Source: Planctomycetota bacterium
GTDB lineage: Bacteria; Planctomycetota; UBA8108; SXIK01
Assembly (NCBI GenBank): GCA_965223265.1
Contig: OZ244999.1
Coordinates: forward strand, 4,768,001 to 4,832,000
Length of the DNA: 64,000 nt
Direction: 5' to 3'
How positions within the stretch are numbered: the first letter of the stretch is position 1; each line of letters starts with the position of its first letter. The notes beneath the pieces were generated by a model. It was not told the DNA's origin. It worked only from the letters and a program-made list of their open reading frames with translations, and ran no database searches. The translations under genes were made by a program, and so were the position numbers. Positions 1-9,427 of the stretch are shown here, piece by piece.

Positions 1-22
1 TCAGGCCAAGGAGCATCGAGAA

Positions 23-985
23 ATGAAAGCGGCTCCCCAAACCACCCAGGCAGCGAAGTCTCCAGCGGTGCCAGCCGCTGAGACCTTTGGCGGCACCTGG
101 CCGTTCAAAGCTCGCTACACAGACGCTCCAGGATTCAAGATGCACTACGTGGACGAAGGAAGAAGAGGCGCAGAGACGCTTCTTCTTCTCCATGGCGAAC
201 CCACATGGGGCTATCTATTTCGGCAACAGATTCCAATCTGGTCAGAGCACGCGCGCGTTGTGGCTCCTGACCACATGGGATTCGGCAAAAGCGCCGCACC
301 GCAAGGTCGCACGTACTGGCTTCAAGACCACATCGACAACTTGGAAACGTTTGTTTCGACCCTGGACTTGCAGGACATCACGCTTGTCATGCATGATTTT
401 GGCGGTCCGACTGGCATGGGGCTGGCAGCGCGACGTCCCGAGCGAATCAAGCGGGTCGTATCGGTGAATGGTCCAACGCCGTTCGGCCAGGCGGATCTCG
501 TTGAGCGCGTCACTGCGAACGTCGGCGTATCGCCTTGGTTCCAGTGGATTCTGCGCGCCGAGGAGCGAGGCATACTTGAGGACGTGTTGGGACATCTCGA
601 CTACAACATCCTCTCGACACTCAAGTTGAACGGCTTCGAGCGGAACGAGATCATAAGCGACACGTGGCTCGAGGCCTACCGGGCCCCATTCCCGACTCGT
701 GCGTGCGCGACGGGTGCCATAAGCTGGGCAAAGGGCTATGCTACCGGTGCGCACGAATTTGAGACACCCGACCCGGCGACGAAAGCGGAGCTTTCTAGGA
801 GACCCGCGCTGGCAATCTGGGGTGAGGCCGACCGGACACTCAACGCGCAGCACTTTCTACCGCTCTTCCAGGAAGCGTTTCCAAACGGTCAGGTGCATCA
901 TCTGCCCGGCGTAGGTCACTATAGCCTCGAAGATGCACCTCAAAAGATCGCCCGGCTCGTGGCCGAGTTCGTAGGAACGAACTGA
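23..985 (+). CDS. Haloalkane dehalogenase-like alpha/beta hydrolase
   Basis: MHYVDEG, LLHGEPTWGYLFR, APDHMGFGKS, nucleophile motif MHDFGG and C-terminal GVGHYSLED (catalytic His). Confidence 0.85.
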   Translation: MKAAPQTTQAAKSPAVPAAETFGGTWPFKARYTDAPGFKMHYVDEGRRGAETLLLLHGEPTWGYLFRQQIPIWSEHARVVAPDHMGFGKSAAPQGRTYWLQDHIDNLETFVSTLDLQDITLVMHDFGGPTGMGLAARRPERIKRVVSVNGPTPFGQADLVERVTANVGVSPWFQWILRAEERGILEDVLGHLDYNILSTLKLNGFERNEIISDTWLEAYRAPFPTRACATGAISWAKGYATGAHEFETPDPATKAELSRRPALAIWGEADRTLNAQHFLPLFQEAFPNGQVHHLPGVGHYSLEDAPQKIARLVAEFVGTN

Positions 986-1039
986 TGGACTCATCCTCTG
1001 CTGTTCGAGCAAAGGCCACCTTCTGAGCATGAAAAGCCC

Positions 1040-2323
1040 ATGGTTCAATCAGGAACTACGCGAGTAGCTGTCGTTGCGGGAGCGAGGACGCCCTTTGTCA
1101 AGGCGGCAACAAGCTTCCGTGAGCACTCAGCTTTGGATCTCAGCGTCCACGCCGTGCGAGGTCTCTTAGAGAAGCACCGAGTGGACCAGGCGTTGATTGA
1201 CGAGCTGGTTTTCGGAATCGTCATCGTCGACCCTAGAGTACCCAACATAGCGCGCGAGATCGTCTTGTCGACCGAGCTAACGTCGAGCATTCCGGCCCAC
1301 ACCATCTCGAACAATTGCATCACCGGCGCTACGGCTGTAGCTTCGATCTACTATTCGATCGTCTCTGGACGGGCCGAGGCTGGGATCGCCGGTGGTGTCG
1401 AATCCATGTCGAATCCGCCCGTCCTCTTCGGCAAAAGTGCGAGTCGCATCTTTCTAGATTCCGCTTCTCGAAAATCCTTCAAAGCACGCCTTCCTCATCT
1501 ACTGAGGTTGCGGCCCTGGCACTTCAAGCCGTCAGCGGTTGCCTTCGCAGAGCCCTCGACTGGACTCACGATGGGAGAGCACACCGAAATGATGGTGAAA
1601 GAGTGGAAGATCTCACGGGAGGAGCAAGATGAGATCTCCTACCGCAGCCACACGAACGCGCACGAGGCGACCGGAGACGGCCGCTTGAAGGCGGAGATCC
1701 ATCCGCTTGACGGCGTCGACCACGACCTTCTGATCCGTCCAAACACCAGCATGGAGCGGCTCGCCAAGCTTCCGCCCGTCTTCGACCGTAGCGAAGCCGG
1801 CACCATCACCGCTGGAAACTCGAGCCCACTCACCGATGGTGCTGCAGCCGTACTTCTCATGTCAGAGGATCGCGCCAAGAGCGAAGGGCGGCAGCCATTG
1901 GCTTTCATAAAGGACTTCGAGTATGCCGCGGTGGATCCAGGTTACGGTCTCCTCATGGCTCCTGGAGTCGCCGTTCCCAGACTGCTTCGAAGGACAGGTA
2001 TCAAGCTCTCTGACATCGACATAGTCGAGATGCATGAAGCGTTCGGTGGGCAGGTGGCGTGTAACCTGAAGGCGTGGAAACAAGGGTGGAAGGAGGAGCC
2101 GATCGGCACAGTGGACGGTGAAAAGCTCAATCCACTCGGCAGCTCGATCGCGGTCGGTCACCCGTTCGCTGCTACTGGCGCGAGAATCGTCACCACGCTT
2201 GCGAACGAGATGAAAAGACGCGACGTCCGGCTCGGCTTGATCAGCATCTGTGGCGCAGGCGGAACGGCGATCGCAATGCTTCTCGAACGGGACGGATCAT
2301 CTAAGGAAGGAGACAACCAGTGA
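1040..2323 (+). CDS. fadI: Acetyl-CoA C-acyltransferase (FadI/TFE-beta-like thiolase)
   Basis: GARTPF, active-site NNCITG, GGVESMS, TAGNSSPLTDGAAA, HEAF, GHPFAATGAR and CGAGG. Confidence 0.85.
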   Translation: MVQSGTTRVAVVAGARTPFVKAATSFREHSALDLSVHAVRGLLEKHRVDQALIDELVFGIVIVDPRVPNIAREIVLSTELTSSIPAHTISNNCITGATAVASIYYSIVSGRAEAGIAGGVESMSNPPVLFGKSASRIFLDSASRKSFKARLPHLLRLRPWHFKPSAVAFAEPSTGLTMGEHTEMMVKEWKISREEQDEISYRSHTNAHEATGDGRLKAEIHPLDGVDHDLLIRPNTSMERLAKLPPVFDRSEAGTITAGNSSPLTDGAAAVLLMSEDRAKSEGRQPLAFIKDFEYAAVDPGYGLLMAPGVAVPRLLRRTGIKLSDIDIVEMHEAFGGQVACNLKAWKQGWKEEPIGTVDGEKLNPLGSSIAVGHPFAATGARIVTTLANEMKRRDVRLGLISICGAGGTAIAMLLERDGSSKEGDNQ

Positions 2324-2748
2324 CGCTCCAGGAACGAATAGATCTGTTTCTTGCAGGAACGCCTCATGCTGTCGTAGGCGCTTCACGCGAACGCAGCAAG
2401 TACGGTAACAAGGTCCTTCGGGCGTATCTTCAGAACGAACGTGACGTCTATCCAGTGAATCCGAACGCGAAGGAGGTAGAAGGGCTCGAGGCTTTTCCCG
2501 ACCTCGCCTCGGTGCCGCAACCTGTTCACGGGATCTCCGTGATTACCCAGCCCAACGTCACGGAGAGGATCGTAGAAGAAGCCGCCGAGTTAGGGGTTAA
2601 GAACATTTGGATGCAGCCGGGCGCCGAGAGCGAGACGGCCGTGAAGCGGGCAGAGGAGCTAGGGATGAACGTCATCGCCGGCGGCCCGTGCGCTCTGGTC
2701 ACGCTGCGGTATCGCGAGGACGGACGAACGAGTAGTGAAATCGGGTGA
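2320..2748 (+). CDS. CoA-binding domain protein (YccU-like)
   Basis: AVVGAS..RSKYG, YPVNP, IWMQPGAES and GPC motifs. The GTG start overlaps the thiolase stop and follows an AGGAG SD. Confidence 0.85.
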   Translation: MTLQERIDLFLAGTPHAVVGASRERSKYGNKVLRAYLQNERDVYPVNPNAKEVEGLEAFPDLASVPQPVHGISVITQPNVTERIVEEAAELGVKNIWMQPGAESETAVKRAEELGMNVIAGGPCALVTLRYREDGRTSSEIG

Positions 2749-3578
2749 CTGAAAGGAGTTCTGCCGTGGCACAAGACCTCAACGCCATCGTCCTTCAGCA
2801 CATCGAAGTCTCTCCGGGCCTCGGGATCCTGCGAGTCGTTCCAGACGGCTGGGAGTTGCCCGATTTCACCGCCGGTCAGTTCGCAGTTCTGGGTCTTCCA
2901 GGTAGTGCCCCTCGCTGCAGCGTTTGCGATCCCGAGGAGGAGCCCCGCGATCCTCACAAGCTCATCAAGCGAGCGTATTCGATCGCCTCGTCGTCGGTCG
3001 CGAAGGAGTTCCTGGAGCTCTACATCGTGCTTTTGCCCTCAGGAGCGCTGACGCCGCGGCTCTTTAGCCTCAGAGCAGGAGACCGGATCTGGCTGTCGCC
3101 GAAGTTCAGCGGCCTCTTCACGCTCGACGACGCTCCGGAGGACAAGCACATCGTGCTCGTCTCGACAGGCACGGGGCTGGCTCCGTACATGAGCATGCTT
3201 CGAACGCAGCTCGTCTGCGGAAGTCAGCGTCGATTCGCCGTCTTGCATGGCGCTCGTCATTCCTGGGATCTGGGCTACCGGAGTGAACTGATGACCTTGC
3301 GGAGATTGTGCTCGAACTTCACTTACGTGCCCAGCATCAGTCGTCCAAAGGAGGAGGTCGCCACGTGGAGTGGAGAGACAGGCTACATCCAAGACCTCTG
3401 GAAACGGATGCCGTTGAAACAGAGCTGGGGATTTCGCCCCTCACCTGACGACACGCATGTCTTCGTCTGCGGCAATCCCGGGATGATCGAAGACATGGTG
3501 AGGATCCTTCAAGACGAGGGTTTCACGGAACACAAGAAAAACGCGCCGGGAGAGATCCACGTGGAGAGGTACTGGTAA
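2745..3578 (+). CDS. fpr: Ferredoxin--NADP+ reductase (bacterial class)
   Basis: FTAGQF, RAYSIAS, GALTPRL, TGTGLAPY, VCGNPGM and C-terminal ERYW. Confidence 0.9.
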   Translation: MTERSSAVAQDLNAIVLQHIEVSPGLGILRVVPDGWELPDFTAGQFAVLGLPGSAPRCSVCDPEEEPRDPHKLIKRAYSIASSSVAKEFLELYIVLLPSGALTPRLFSLRAGDRIWLSPKFSGLFTLDDAPEDKHIVLVSTGTGLAPYMSMLRTQLVCGSQRRFAVLHGARHSWDLGYRSELMTLRRLCSNFTYVPSISRPKEEVATWSGETGYIQDLWKRMPLKQSWGFRPSPDDTHVFVCGNPGMIEDMVRILQDEGFTEHKKNAPGEIHVERYW

Positions 3579-3716
3579 AGAACGCGCTGTCTCGGAGAGA
3601 GCGATCGCGCTTGCTCGAGGGTGCACCTCTACCGGTGGGCGTCGGCTGCATTCGTGTGGAGTTTCCCGATGTCAGCCAGTCTCCCTGAATGCGCCGACGC
3701 AGGCAGCGCTGGCTAG

Positions 3717-3970
3717 CCTCGAGTTTGGCCATTTCGCGTCGAGCCTGGGAACGCCAGGAGCGTCGAGGCCAAGGAGCGACGACAACGCGATCCCGCTGCG
3801 ATCGTGGCGGAGGAGCGACGCAGGCATCGGCGCTCCTGGCGTTCCCCGAAGGGCCGGACAGGAGTTTTTGAACATGCACAAGGGTTCTCAGGGTACTAAA
3901 AAGTCGAAAGGGCCTTTGAATTCCCGCGAAACTCGTCCGGCCAGGCCGGCGCGAAATGGCCAAACTCGAG
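3717..3970. mobile_element. MITE-like element A (21-bp terminal inverted repeats, internal hairpin)
   Basis: CTCGAGTTTGGCCATTTCGCG at 3718-3738 has its exact reverse complement at 3950-3970. CTAG lies at 3713-3716 and 3971-3974. An internal inverted pair GGGAACGCCAGGAGCG...CGCTCCTGGCGTTCCC is present. No credible ORF. Confidence 0.6.
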
Positions 3971-3974
3971 CTAG

Positions 3975-4133
3975 CAGCCCGTTGAAAAAGTCATTCGGCT
4001 GAGAAACCGGCCTCTTCACGCCCAGATCAGCCGCGGCGAGCCTCGAAAATCTCGGAGATTACCTGCGTTCGCCGCGGCCGATCTGGACGCGAAGCGACCA
4101 GTTTTCAGCTCGAAGCACTTTTTCAACGGGCTG
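3975..4133. mobile_element. MITE-like element B, copy 1
   Basis: Inverted ends CAGCCCGTTGAAAAAGT / ACTTTTTCAACGGGCTG, flanked by CTAG / CCAG, with an internally palindromic body. A second copy lies at 6006-6165. Confidence 0.75.
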
Positions 4134-4417
4134 CCAGGCTGGAACGGAGCAGTGTCCATGCGAGAAAGTCAAGTTACCGAGCTCTCCCAAATGGTTCCAC
4201 TCTCTTGCTCTGCACGTCGCCCCATGTTGAACCCCAGATCCAAGAATAGATCGACGCCGATCAAACTGGCCGTGCGTGAGTTGATCTCCGCTGAGCGAAT
4301 TCCGCCCTGCGATGTCAGACGCCTCGAAGACATCGAGGCCAACCCGCGAGCGCTGATCGGGGCATCGGCGAAAACCTTCGAGGAGCCGCACGGCCATGAA
4401 GGGTCGAGGCTTCGAGA

Positions 4418-4954
4418 TCACCGCCGCACTCGGCCGGGCGACGCACTGCGCACCGAGCTAAACGCCTCAAAGGCATCTTGCATGGTGCGATCGTTCCCCG
4501 CGGCCACAAACATCAAGGCGCAAATGCTCGCTGCTCCACTCGCCCTTTCGTTCATGACCCATACCACCATCACCACTGAATCTCCGGAACTGAACTCTAC
4601 GACGAATCTGCGAACGGTGGCTGAGGAACACGCCCGCCTGGAGCCCATCCAAAAGACTCCAACGAAATCTTTCCGCGAGCGCTCGGTTTCCTCCGGAGCT
4701 TCTTCTCGAACGCTCGCCCGGCCGAACTGGTCTCGGAGCGTCTGAAGCAACTGATGGCCACTCGGACGCCGCTCCGGTGAGGCTGCGACCATCGCAATCG
4801 CTTCCTCATCGCGTCCAGCGTTCCACAAGTCCACAAATCGGCGCACGACCTCTGCCGGGTCTCTCGACGACCGTGCGTACAGAAAGAGACAGGCAGCGAC
4901 CACAGCGGCCGCGCCAAGGGATAAAGCCACCACGATAGAGAACTTTCTGGACAC
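4418..4954 (-). CDS. Hypothetical membrane-anchored protein
   Basis: Part of ORF 4418..5101. Likely GTG start just before the hydrophobic segment FSIVVALSLGAAAVVAACLFLY. Start is uncertain. Confidence 0.45.
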   Translation of the reverse strand: MSRKFSIVVALSLGAAAVVAACLFLYARSSRDPAEVVRRFVDLWNAGRDEEAIAMVAASPERRPSGHQLLQTLRDQFGRASVREEAPEETERSRKDFVGVFWMGSRRACSSATVRRFVVEFSSGDSVVMVVWVMNERASGAASICALMFVAAGNDRTMQDAFEAFSSVRSASPGRVRR

Positions 4955-5006
4955 GGTCGAGTTCACCAAAACGAGGAGCGCGAAGATTCCCCTCCGTCGC
5001 GCACGC

Positions 5007-5291
5007 TCAGCGGCTGTTCCAGTAGAGCGCCTCAACTCCCCTGAGGGGCGTGAAGACCCAAAACGCCACGGGCGCGATGGCGTTCTTGAACGCGCCCACA
5101 CCGTGGCGGCGAATGTCCGTCCCGGCGATCACTCTGGAAATCAACGGCCGCTGTTTGATTCCTCGCGAGTAAATCTCAGCTCGGACGAGAACGCGATGCC
5201 AACGAAGTGCGGGGTACGTCACGAGATAGCACAGAACGATCAGCGTGACGATAACGCTCGGTCGGCAAAAGAAAGGACGATTCATATTCAT
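5007..5291 (-). CDS. Small hypothetical membrane protein
   Basis: 94 aa with an N-terminal TM segment (VIVTLIVLCYLVTYP), C-terminal F.PLR.VE...W and an upstream GAGGAGG SD. Confidence 0.55.
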   Translation of the reverse strand: MNMNRPFFCRPSVIVTLIVLCYLVTYPALRWHRVLVRAEIYSRGIKQRPLISRVIAGTDIRRHGVGAFKNAIAPVAFWVFTPLRGVEALYWNSR

Positions 5292-6005
5292 GGCGCCTCC
5301 TCACTCTCACGTCCGTCGAGCCGCAGCGCGGGGCGTGACGTGGAAAGGCAGCGCCACGAGCCTCCGTCCGCGCCCCTCGGGTCTAACGTCGGTATACGTC
5401 GTGCAATCTGATGCCGCAAGGGCAAACGCATCGAGTCGATCGACTCGCTCTGTGGAGCGACGCCGCGCGCTCTTGCATGCCACCTGCGGTAGTCGACAAT
5501 GGATGGCCGATCGGCAGCACCCGAAACGATCCGGAATGCATTGGCCTCCTCGGGGTGGTCCGCAGATACTGATTCTACGGCTTGCCGTTGTGAGTCGTCG
5601 ACTGGCTCGGCTCGTGTCGAGCATCAAAGTCATCTCACCCGGGGAAAGAGAGAGCCATGCGAGCAGTGCGATCCTTGGGCGGAGATTAAGATCTCGCGCT
5701 GCGACGGCTGCATAGTCTCCGATCGAACCGCGGCGCAGCTGCTTACCAGCAGTTAGTCGGTCGTGAATGTCGCCGCGCTATCTGCTGGGGCGTCCGGGAC
5801 GAACGGAGGCTCGTCGCGCGGAGCGTGAGACGATCTCTCTTGCGACAGTCTGCTCGGAACTCACGTCGCAGTTCGTCTTCTCGACATGCAAAGAGCCCTT
5901 GATGTTCGCGAGTTCGACGGGTCGTCCCGGGATCGCATTGAGGTCTCTTTGCCTGTGACCTGCCTCCCGAGGCTGTCGTGCTGCCCATTCGAATCCGTAT
6001 ATAAC

Positions 6006-6165
6006 CAGCCCGCCTGAAAAAGTCATTCGGCCGAGAAACTGCCCTCTTCACGCCCCGCTCGACCGCGTCAATACTCAATAATCTCGGAGATTACCTGCGT
6101 TTGCCGCAGCCGATCTGGACGCGAAGAGACCAGTTTTCGGCTCGAAGCACTTTTTCAACGGGCTG
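6006..6165. mobile_element. MITE-like element B, copy 2
   Basis: Collinear, diverged copy of 3975-4133 in the same orientation. ATAA lies near both flanks. Confidence 0.75.
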
Positions 6166-6204
6166 ATAATCCACTGCTCGCCCGCGAAACCCACGGAGAT
6201 AAGA

Positions 6205-8016
6205 ATGAACCACCGCACTGCCTGGCCGACGCTCGGCCTCATCGCCCTGGTTGTGATTGCACCTAGTGTCGACGCCGCGCCCGTTGAGATCAGAACGGAA
6301 ATGGCACCGCCCTACTGGGCGCTGCTGGAGCGCCAGCTCATCGCTGCCAATGAACGCGCCGGCAAAGAGTTTTTTGAGAAGTACTTCGATGAACGCGGCT
6401 TTCTGCTTTGCATCGAGCGCTGGGGCGGTGACGACGGCCCCGACGATGCCATCGAGACGCTCATCTACTGGCCCATTCTGCACGTCGCCGGGGCCTCCGA
6501 TTCAATCCTTCACATGTACAAAAAGGCCTGGGAGGGTCACCTGCGGCAGTACACGCTCGCCAAGACCGTGAACGTGCCCTTTGCGAGGGACGGCATGTAC
6601 TACAAGGAGTTCCCCGTCATGATGGACTGGCTCCACAACGGCGAGGGACTTGTCGTTTTCGGGCTGCAAGGGCTTTCGGATCCTTATGACATCGACTTTC
6701 AGAAGCGGGCGCGACGTTACGCTGGCTTCTATCTGAATGAAGACCCTCAAGCGCCCAACTACGATCCCAAGCACAAAATCATCCGCAGCCTGTTCAGCGG
6801 CAGTCGCGGGCCGCTTCTGCGCAAGGCCACCGGACTCGATTGGGCGGGCGATCCGATCGAGGTGGTCGGACGCTTCAAGCTCGGCCATGGTGAAGAGAAC
6901 TACGCGCAGATGATCGAACACTTCAAGGACTACAACGATATCGTCGGCGACCATCCGTCCAACTTGCTGGCGACGGCGCTGGCCTTCAACGCCTACACCA
7001 TCAGCCATGAGCAGAAGTACAAGGACTGGGTGCTGGAGTACGTCGGCGCCTGGCGCGATCGCATGATCGAGAACGGTGATCTCATCCCATCCAACATCGG
7101 CCTCGACGGCACCATCGGCGGTGAGACGGACGGCAAGTGGTATGGCGGGGTGTACGGCTGGGGATTCACCGTCGCCGTGCCGCAGACGGGTGAGCTTGAC
7201 GATCGACAGACATTCGATCGAGGCATTCACGGCTTCACGAACGCCGTCCTACTCACTGGCGATCTGAGTTGGCTCGACCCCTGGCGCCGGCAGCTCGACA
7301 AGGTCAACTCGAACAAAAAGGTCGTCGACGGCAAGACGCTCTATCCGTACAAGTACGGCGACGACGGCTGGTACTCCTACAAGCCGGAGCCCTACCGCGC
7401 CGGCGCCGGAGACATGTACTACATGACGATGCGCGAGGACGATCGCCGTCGCGCCGGCAGCAGCCCCTGGTTCGACTACCTGGAAGGCAAGAACCCGGGC
7501 TATCCCGAGCAGATCCTCAAGGCCGATTTCGCCTTCGTCCGCAGCCGCGTCGCCAAAGTACGCGCCGACGAGACGACTCCGGACACGCGCCTGTCGGACG
7601 ATCCACTGCAGAACGCCACGGCGGCGGCGCGCTCGCTCACCGAGCTCATGATGGGCGGCCTCTACCCGGGCCGGACGGGGATGGTGCTGCACTGCCGCCT
7701 GCGCTACTTCGACCCCATCAAACGGCGTGCTGGAGTGCCGCAGGACGTCGCCGCCTTGGTCGACAAGATGACCGCGGACGACGTGGCGGTGACTTTGGTG
7801 AATCTCAACCAGAGCGATGCCCGCACGCTCGTCGTGCAAGCTGGTGCCTACGCGGAGCACGAATTCGTAGAGCTCACCGACGGCTCTGGCAGGAGGCGCA
7901 TCGACGCGCCACACTTCACCGTCAAGCTGGAGCCCGGTGCCGGTGGTCGACTGCAGATCAAAATGCGCCGCTATGTCCATCAACCGACGATCACCTTTCC
8001 TTGGGATCGACACTAG
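6205..8016 (+). CDS. Secreted hypothetical protein, possibly an (alpha/alpha)-barrel enzyme
   Basis: 603 aa with strong GC3 codon bias, a signal peptide (..APSVDA-AP), and acidic/aromatic motifs GGDDGPDDAIE, DWLHNGEG and WYGGVYGWG. Confidence 0.8.
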   Translation: MNHRTAWPTLGLIALVVIAPSVDAAPVEIRTEMAPPYWALLERQLIAANERAGKEFFEKYFDERGFLLCIERWGGDDGPDDAIETLIYWPILHVAGASDSILHMYKKAWEGHLRQYTLAKTVNVPFARDGMYYKEFPVMMDWLHNGEGLVVFGLQGLSDPYDIDFQKRARRYAGFYLNEDPQAPNYDPKHKIIRSLFSGSRGPLLRKATGLDWAGDPIEVVGRFKLGHGEENYAQMIEHFKDYNDIVGDHPSNLLATALAFNAYTISHEQKYKDWVLEYVGAWRDRMIENGDLIPSNIGLDGTIGGETDGKWYGGVYGWGFTVAVPQTGELDDRQTFDRGIHGFTNAVLLTGDLSWLDPWRRQLDKVNSNKKVVDGKTLYPYKYGDDGWYSYKPEPYRAGAGDMYYMTMREDDRRRAGSSPWFDYLEGKNPGYPEQILKADFAFVRSRVAKVRADETTPDTRLSDDPLQNATAAARSLTELMMGGLYPGRTGMVLHCRLRYFDPIKRRAGVPQDVAALVDKMTADDVAVTLVNLNQSDARTLVVQAGAYAEHEFVELTDGSGRRRIDAPHFTVKLEPGAGGRLQIKMRRYVHQPTITFPWDRH

Positions 8017-8293
8017 AAGCGAGATGCGGCGATCGTGTCGGAGGGCGGCACAGCCTTTTGTCGGTCACGAGGATTTCGAATCGAACAACGACTCATTCGT
8101 CCCAACGACGAAGATTTGCGATGTCGAGTGTCCCTGCGGAGTGGCGTGCCGCATTTCGGTTCAAGAGATGGGTCACAACATGTTCCAGAAAAGAGCCCCA
8201 CCTTCCCGTCACTCGCGGCGCGGGACTTCTCGCCGAAGTGCCCCTCAGAGGCTTCCCAAGAATCTCCGCGCCGCGCGCGCTGGTCAGCTGCAG

Positions 8294-9427
8294 TCACAAA
8301 CCCTCCGCCCGCGCCCACAGCGCCGAGATCGCACGGTTGACCTCGTTCGCCGCATCCATCTGAATCAAGTGTCCCTTGCCGTCGATGATCTGCGTCTCGA
8401 CGTGATCTGGCAGATCGCTGGCGTGTGCAGCCGGGACGATCGCGTCCTGCTCGCCCCAGACCACCAAGGTCGGGACGGCGAGTTGCTCGAGCACTTCGCG
8501 CAGTAAGTTCGTCTGCTTGCCGTCAGCGCTGAACGCACTCGCGATCTTTCGTAGGGCCGCCTCGACGCCATCGAGCCGCTTGTACTTCAGGAGATCCTCA
8601 ACGAGCTGACGCGGGACCTTCGCTGTGTCCGCGAAGAGCTTCTGCACTTGTCGCTTCATCTCCTTGCGGCGACTGGCACTCGCGAACCCATCGATGTAGT
8701 CACTGTCGATCTCGGCGCCGAGGCCCGCACTGGCGAGGAGCGCCAGCGACCGGACGCGGTTGTCGGACCTCCGAGCCAGCTCCATTGCGACCGCTCCGCC
8801 GAGGGAATGGCCGACGAGGTGAACCGGTCCGAGCTCGAGCGCTGCCATGAATCTTTCGACGACGTCTGCGAACTCAGCCACCGTTCCGGTGTCAACGGTC
8901 TTGGAGGAGCCGCCGTGGCCAGGCAAGTCGATCGCATAAACCGCGCGATCACTCGCCAGCACTTCGTGATTGAAGAGCCAGTTGTTGAGGTCGCCACCGA
9001 AACCGTGGATGAGGATCGCGTTCGCGTCTCCGCCGCCGCGCCGCAAGTAGCGGATCGTCTGCCCTGCTACGTCGACCTGCTCGGGAGATGCAGCCGCGTC
9101 GGCGCCTGCCTCGGCTGCCGGCACGAAGTGAGCTTTGAAATCCGTGACGAGCGCGTCAATCTCGTCGTCGCTCACTTCGGCCGCCGCAATGATTCCAAGC
9201 AGACCGCCGACGGGGAGAACGTCACCGGCAGCGGCGATGCAGCGCCTCAGAACTCCACCATCGCTCGCCTCCACCGCACTGGTGATCTTGTCGGTCTCCA
9301 CCTCCATCAGCTGGTCGCCCGGCTGCACGGTCGCGCCGGCTTCGACGAGCCACTCTACCACCTTTCCCTCCTTCATGGAGAGTCCCCACTTCGGCATCGT
9401 GACGCTACGAATGGTGGAATCGGTCAT
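8294..9427 (-). CDS. acoC: Acetoin dehydrogenase E2-like subunit (lipoyl domain plus alpha/beta hydrolase)
   Basis: MPKWGLSMKEG, lipoyl-Lys motif VETDKI, IHGFGGDLNNW and GHSLGG. Last gene of the acoXABC cluster. Confidence 0.9.
   Translation of the reverse strand: MTDSTIRSVTMPKWGLSMKEGKVVEWLVEAGATVQPGDQLMEVETDKITSAVEASDGGVLRRCIAAAGDVLPVGGLLGIIAAAEVSDDEIDALVTDFKAHFVPAAEAGADAAASPEQVDVAGQTIRYLRRGGGDANAILIHGFGGDLNNWLFNHEVLASDRAVYAIDLPGHGGSSKTVDTGTVAEFADVVERFMAALELGPVHLVGHSLGGAVAMELARRSDNRVRSLALLASAGLGAEIDSDYIDGFASASRRKEMKRQVQKLFADTAKVPRQLVEDLLKYKRLDGVEAALRKIASAFSADGKQTNLLREVLEQLAVPTLVVWGEQDAIVPAAHASDLPDHVETQIIDGKGHLIQMDAANEVNRAISALWARAEGL

Noticed and set aside
4152-4745. 197-aa plus-strand ORF and the two ORFs running through the MITE copies (4059..4421 and 6091..6483)
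   Set aside because: These are shadow ORFs. Their shared QPVEKVLRAENWSLRVQIG tail is just the translated repeat.
6502-8363. Long alternative-frame and antisense ORFs over the 6205 gene (and similarly across the window)
   Set aside because: These are expected by-products of high GC3 codon bias, with Arg/Pro-rich, non-protein-like composition.
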